From the human T2T-CHM13v2.0 reference genome, Homo sapiens: 64,000 nucleotides of DNA. The notes under the pieces are model-generated. The model was not told where the DNA came from, made no database searches, and worked only from the letters and a program-made list of their open reading frames with translations. Shown one piece after another: positions 1 through 64,000 of the stretch. Location of the stretch: assembly GCF_009914755.1 (NCBI RefSeq), contig NC_060936.1; one strand, written 5' to 3'. The translations under genes and the position numbers were made by a program. How positions within the stretch are numbered: the stretch's first letter is position 1; each line of letters begins with the position of its first letter.

Positions 1-55
1 AAACCACCTGTACCCCCAAAACTCATGAACTAAAAAAAATCACTAAAAAAAAAGT
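1..55 (+). mobile_element. 3' tip and A-tail of an L1 (L1PB-like)
   Basis: aaaccacctgtacccccaaaa... followed by A runs. Confidence 0.5.
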
Positions 56-224
56 TATAGGGCTGACAAGTTCCAACTTGTACAGGAAAAAAGATGAGTA
101 TGCTTTTTAAGATAAAAATAATGTTTGTAAGTAAAGAAAAAAACTATTTTAATTCCACGTACCTATAAACATTATATAGTTCTTTAATTAATCAATTTTC
201 TCTTTTCTTTCTGCTGTTTTTCAG

Positions 225-61195
<60,971 letters not shown>

Positions 61196-61829
61196 GTAAG
61201 TTGTCATAAATATATTTTATTAATAGATTTTTTCTTTGACTATGTTAATTCCTAAGTCTATCATTTTAGTGTGATTATAATATTAATAATGATAGCTACC
61301 ATATAGTGAACCCTTGCTTTGTATTTAGTATTGTTTCAGGCATTCTGGTATCTCATTTTAATAATCATAGAAACTGTAGAAAATCACTATTTTCTCCTTC
61401 TTTAAATATGAAGAAAATAGGTTTCAAGAATAATGAATAACTTGTCCAAAATAGCATAACTAAAAGAAATACAGCTGGGATCTGTACTTGAATCTCTTTT
61501 TATTACAAAATTCTCCTCCTCTGGCTTCTCCAGGAAGATGTAGAATGACCAGCTGGGCTCTGGTTATATGGTCATTGAGGAAAATATGGGAAAAAATGTT
61601 TCCATACTCTTCATAGGCAAAGGTATTCTCTTAGTGACATTAAGATAACTGGATGATCATCTGGAGGAAAACAAGCTGCTGCAAGTGTACCTTACTAATT
61701 ATAGAAACATTAGTTTGAAATTTATATATTGACCAAATACACAAATTTTACATGTGAAATTATAAGTATTAGAACTACTCACATAGGATTTCTTTTAATT
61801 ATCTAGGAAGAAAAAAATGTGTTTCTAAG

Positions 61830-62206
61830 TGTATTAGTCGATTCTCACACTGCTAATAAAGACATACCCAAGACTGGGTAATTTATAAATGAAAGAGGTT
61901 TAATTGACTGACAGTTCTTCAGGTCTGGGGAGGCCTCAGGAAACTTACAATTATGGCAGAAAGGGAAGCCAACACATCTTTCTTTACATGGCAGCAGCAA
62001 GGAGAAGTGCAGAGTGAAGGAAAAGAAGAGCCCCTTATAAAACCATCTGATCTCGTGAGAACTCATTCACTTTCATGAGAAGAGCATGGAGGTAACCATC
62101 TCCATGATTCAATTACCTCCCAATGGGTCCCTGCCATGACACATGGGGATTATGGGAACTGCAGTTCAAGATGAGATTTGGGTGAGGACACAGCCAAACA
62201 ATATCA
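61830..62206 (-). mobile_element. THE1 (THE1C-like) 3' LTR
   Basis: tgtattagtc...cagccaaacaatatca, 377 bp. Confidence 0.92.
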
Positions 62207-63783
62207 TTCTGTCCCTGGCCCCTCTCAAATCTCATGTCCTCACATTTCAAAACACAATTATGCCTTCCCACCAGGCCCCTAAAGTCTTAACTCATTTCAG
62301 CATTAACTCAAAAGTCCAAGTCCAAAGTCTCATTTGAGACAAAGCAAGTACCTTCTGCCTATGAGCTGGTAAAATCAAAGCAGATAAGTTGCTTCCTAGG
62401 TACAATGGGGAGTACAGGCATTGGGTTAATACACCCATTCCAAATGGGAGAAATTGGCCAAAACAAAGGGGCTACAGGCCCCATGCAAGCCGAAAATCTA
62501 ATAGGGCAGTCTTTAAACCTTATTGTTCCAAAATGACCTCCTTTGGCTCCATGTCTCACGTCCAGTTTACACAGATGCAAGAGGTGGGCTCCCATGGTCT
62601 TGGGCAGCTCTACCACTGTGGCTTTGCAGGATACAGCTTCCCTTCAGGCTGCTTTTAAGGGCTGGCATTGTGTCTGCAGCTTTTTCAGGCACACAAAGCA
62701 AGGTGTTGGTAGGTCTACCATTCTGGGGTATAGAGGATGGTGGGCATCTTCTAACAGCCACACTAGGGAGTGCCCCAGTGGGGACTCTGTGTGGGGGTTC
62801 CAACCCTACATTTCCCTTCCACACTGTCCCAGCAGAGGTTCTGCATAAGGGCCCCATCCCTGCAGCAAGCTTCTGCCTAGAAAGTTCCATACATGTTCTG
62901 AAATCTTAGCGGAGGTTCCCAAACCTCAATTCTTTACTTCTGTGCATCTACAGGTTCAACACCACATGGAAGCTGCCAAGGCTCGCGGCTTGCAACCTCT
63001 AAAGCCATGGGGCAAGCTGTACCATGGCGTCTTTTAAAAATGGCTGGAGTGTCTGGGACTTGTAGCACCAAGTTTCTGGGCTACACACAGCAGGGGTCCC
63101 TGGGCCCAGCCCACAAAACCAGTACTTCTCTTAGGCCTCTTGTTTTGTGATGGGAGGGGCTGCCACAAAGGTCTCTGACATTCCCTGGAGACATTCTCTC
63201 CATTATCTTGGCAATTAACATTTGTCTTCTCATTACTTATGTAAATTTCTGCAGCTGGCTTGAATTTCTCCGCAGAATATGGGTTTCTTTTCTACTGTAT
63301 CATCAGGCTGCAAATTTTTCAAACTTTTATGCACCACTTCTTCTTGAACACTTTGCCACTTAGAAATTTCTTCCACCAGATACCCTAAATTATCTTTCTC
63401 AAGTTCAAAGTTCCACAGATCTCCAGGGTAGGGGCAAAATGTCACCCAACTCTTTGTATAGCAACAGTGACCTTTACTCCAGCTCCCAACAAGTTCCTCA
63501 TCTCCATCTGAGACCACGTCAGCCTGGACTTTATCATCCATATCACTATCAGCATTTTGTTCAAAGCTATTCAACAAGACTCTTGAAAGTTTCAAACTTT
63601 CCCACATCTTCCTATTTTCTGAGCCCTCCAAGTCTCTAGGAAGTTCCAAAGTTTCCCACATTTTTCTGTCTTCTTCTGAGCCATCCAAACAATTCCAACC
63701 TCTGCCTGTTACCAAATTCCAAGGTTGCTTCCCCATTTTGGGATATCTTTACAGCAGTGCCCCCTTACCTGGTACCTATTTAC
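62207..63783 (-). mobile_element. THE1-int (MaLR internal region, about 1.58 kb)
   Basis: Between two LTRs; ORF 63233-63736 with EEDRKMWE MaLR motif. Confidence 0.92.
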
Positions 63784-64000
63784 TGTAGTAGTCCAGTCTC
63801 ACACTGCTAATAAAGACATACTCAAGACTGGTAATTTATAAAGGAAAGAGGTTTAATTGACTTGCAGTTCTGGAGGGCTGGGGAGGCCTGGGTAAACTTA
63901 AAATCACAGCAGAAGGGAAAGCAAACACATCCTTCTGCACATGGCAGCAGCAAGAAGAAGTGCCAAGCAAAGAGGGAGAAAAGCACCTTATAAAACCATC
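63784..64000 (-). mobile_element. THE1 5' LTR (cut by window end)
   Basis: Direct repeat of 61830-62046. Confidence 0.9.

Noticed and set aside
62143-62909. Overlapping 64-128 aa ORFs
   Set aside because: Lie within THE1 LTR/internal sequence, which commonly yields such ORFs.

Overview
AT-rich primate (most likely human, chr12p12 SLCO1B cluster) genomic DNA containing 12 consecutive coding exons of an OATP1B organic-anion transporter on the + strand. I recognise it as SLCO1B7 (LST-3TM12, the 3' partner of the SLCO1B3-SLCO1B7 read-through) from peptides such as MKISTTQIERRF and LHMSSYIASLTYIIKMVEQQYGW. Exon lengths (142,133,122,147,99,243,165,196,166,185,65,118) match SLCO1B1 c.85-1865, all introns are GT-AG, and the spliced frame has no stop. 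The first coding exon and the last exon are outside the window. The introns are mostly transposon-derived: nested L1s, a full Tigger2, Alus, L2/MIR, MER DNA elements and a THE1 MaLR provirus. I found no new gene system. The most unusual sequence-level signals are: (i) a complex templated insertion carrying a perfect 51-bp copy of DNA from 3 kb away; (ii) a 65-bp L1 tip with a putative 3' transduction; (iii) a distant-branch-point/long AG-exclusion architecture and a (GT)21 tract at two 3' splice sites; (iv) a (GTTAT)/(GTTAC) compound pentamer repeat in an Alu linker; and (v) substitutions at conserved transporter residues in an otherwise intact 'pseudogene' ORF. Repeat subfamily names and paralog comparisons are from recalled consensus sequences, not from a search.
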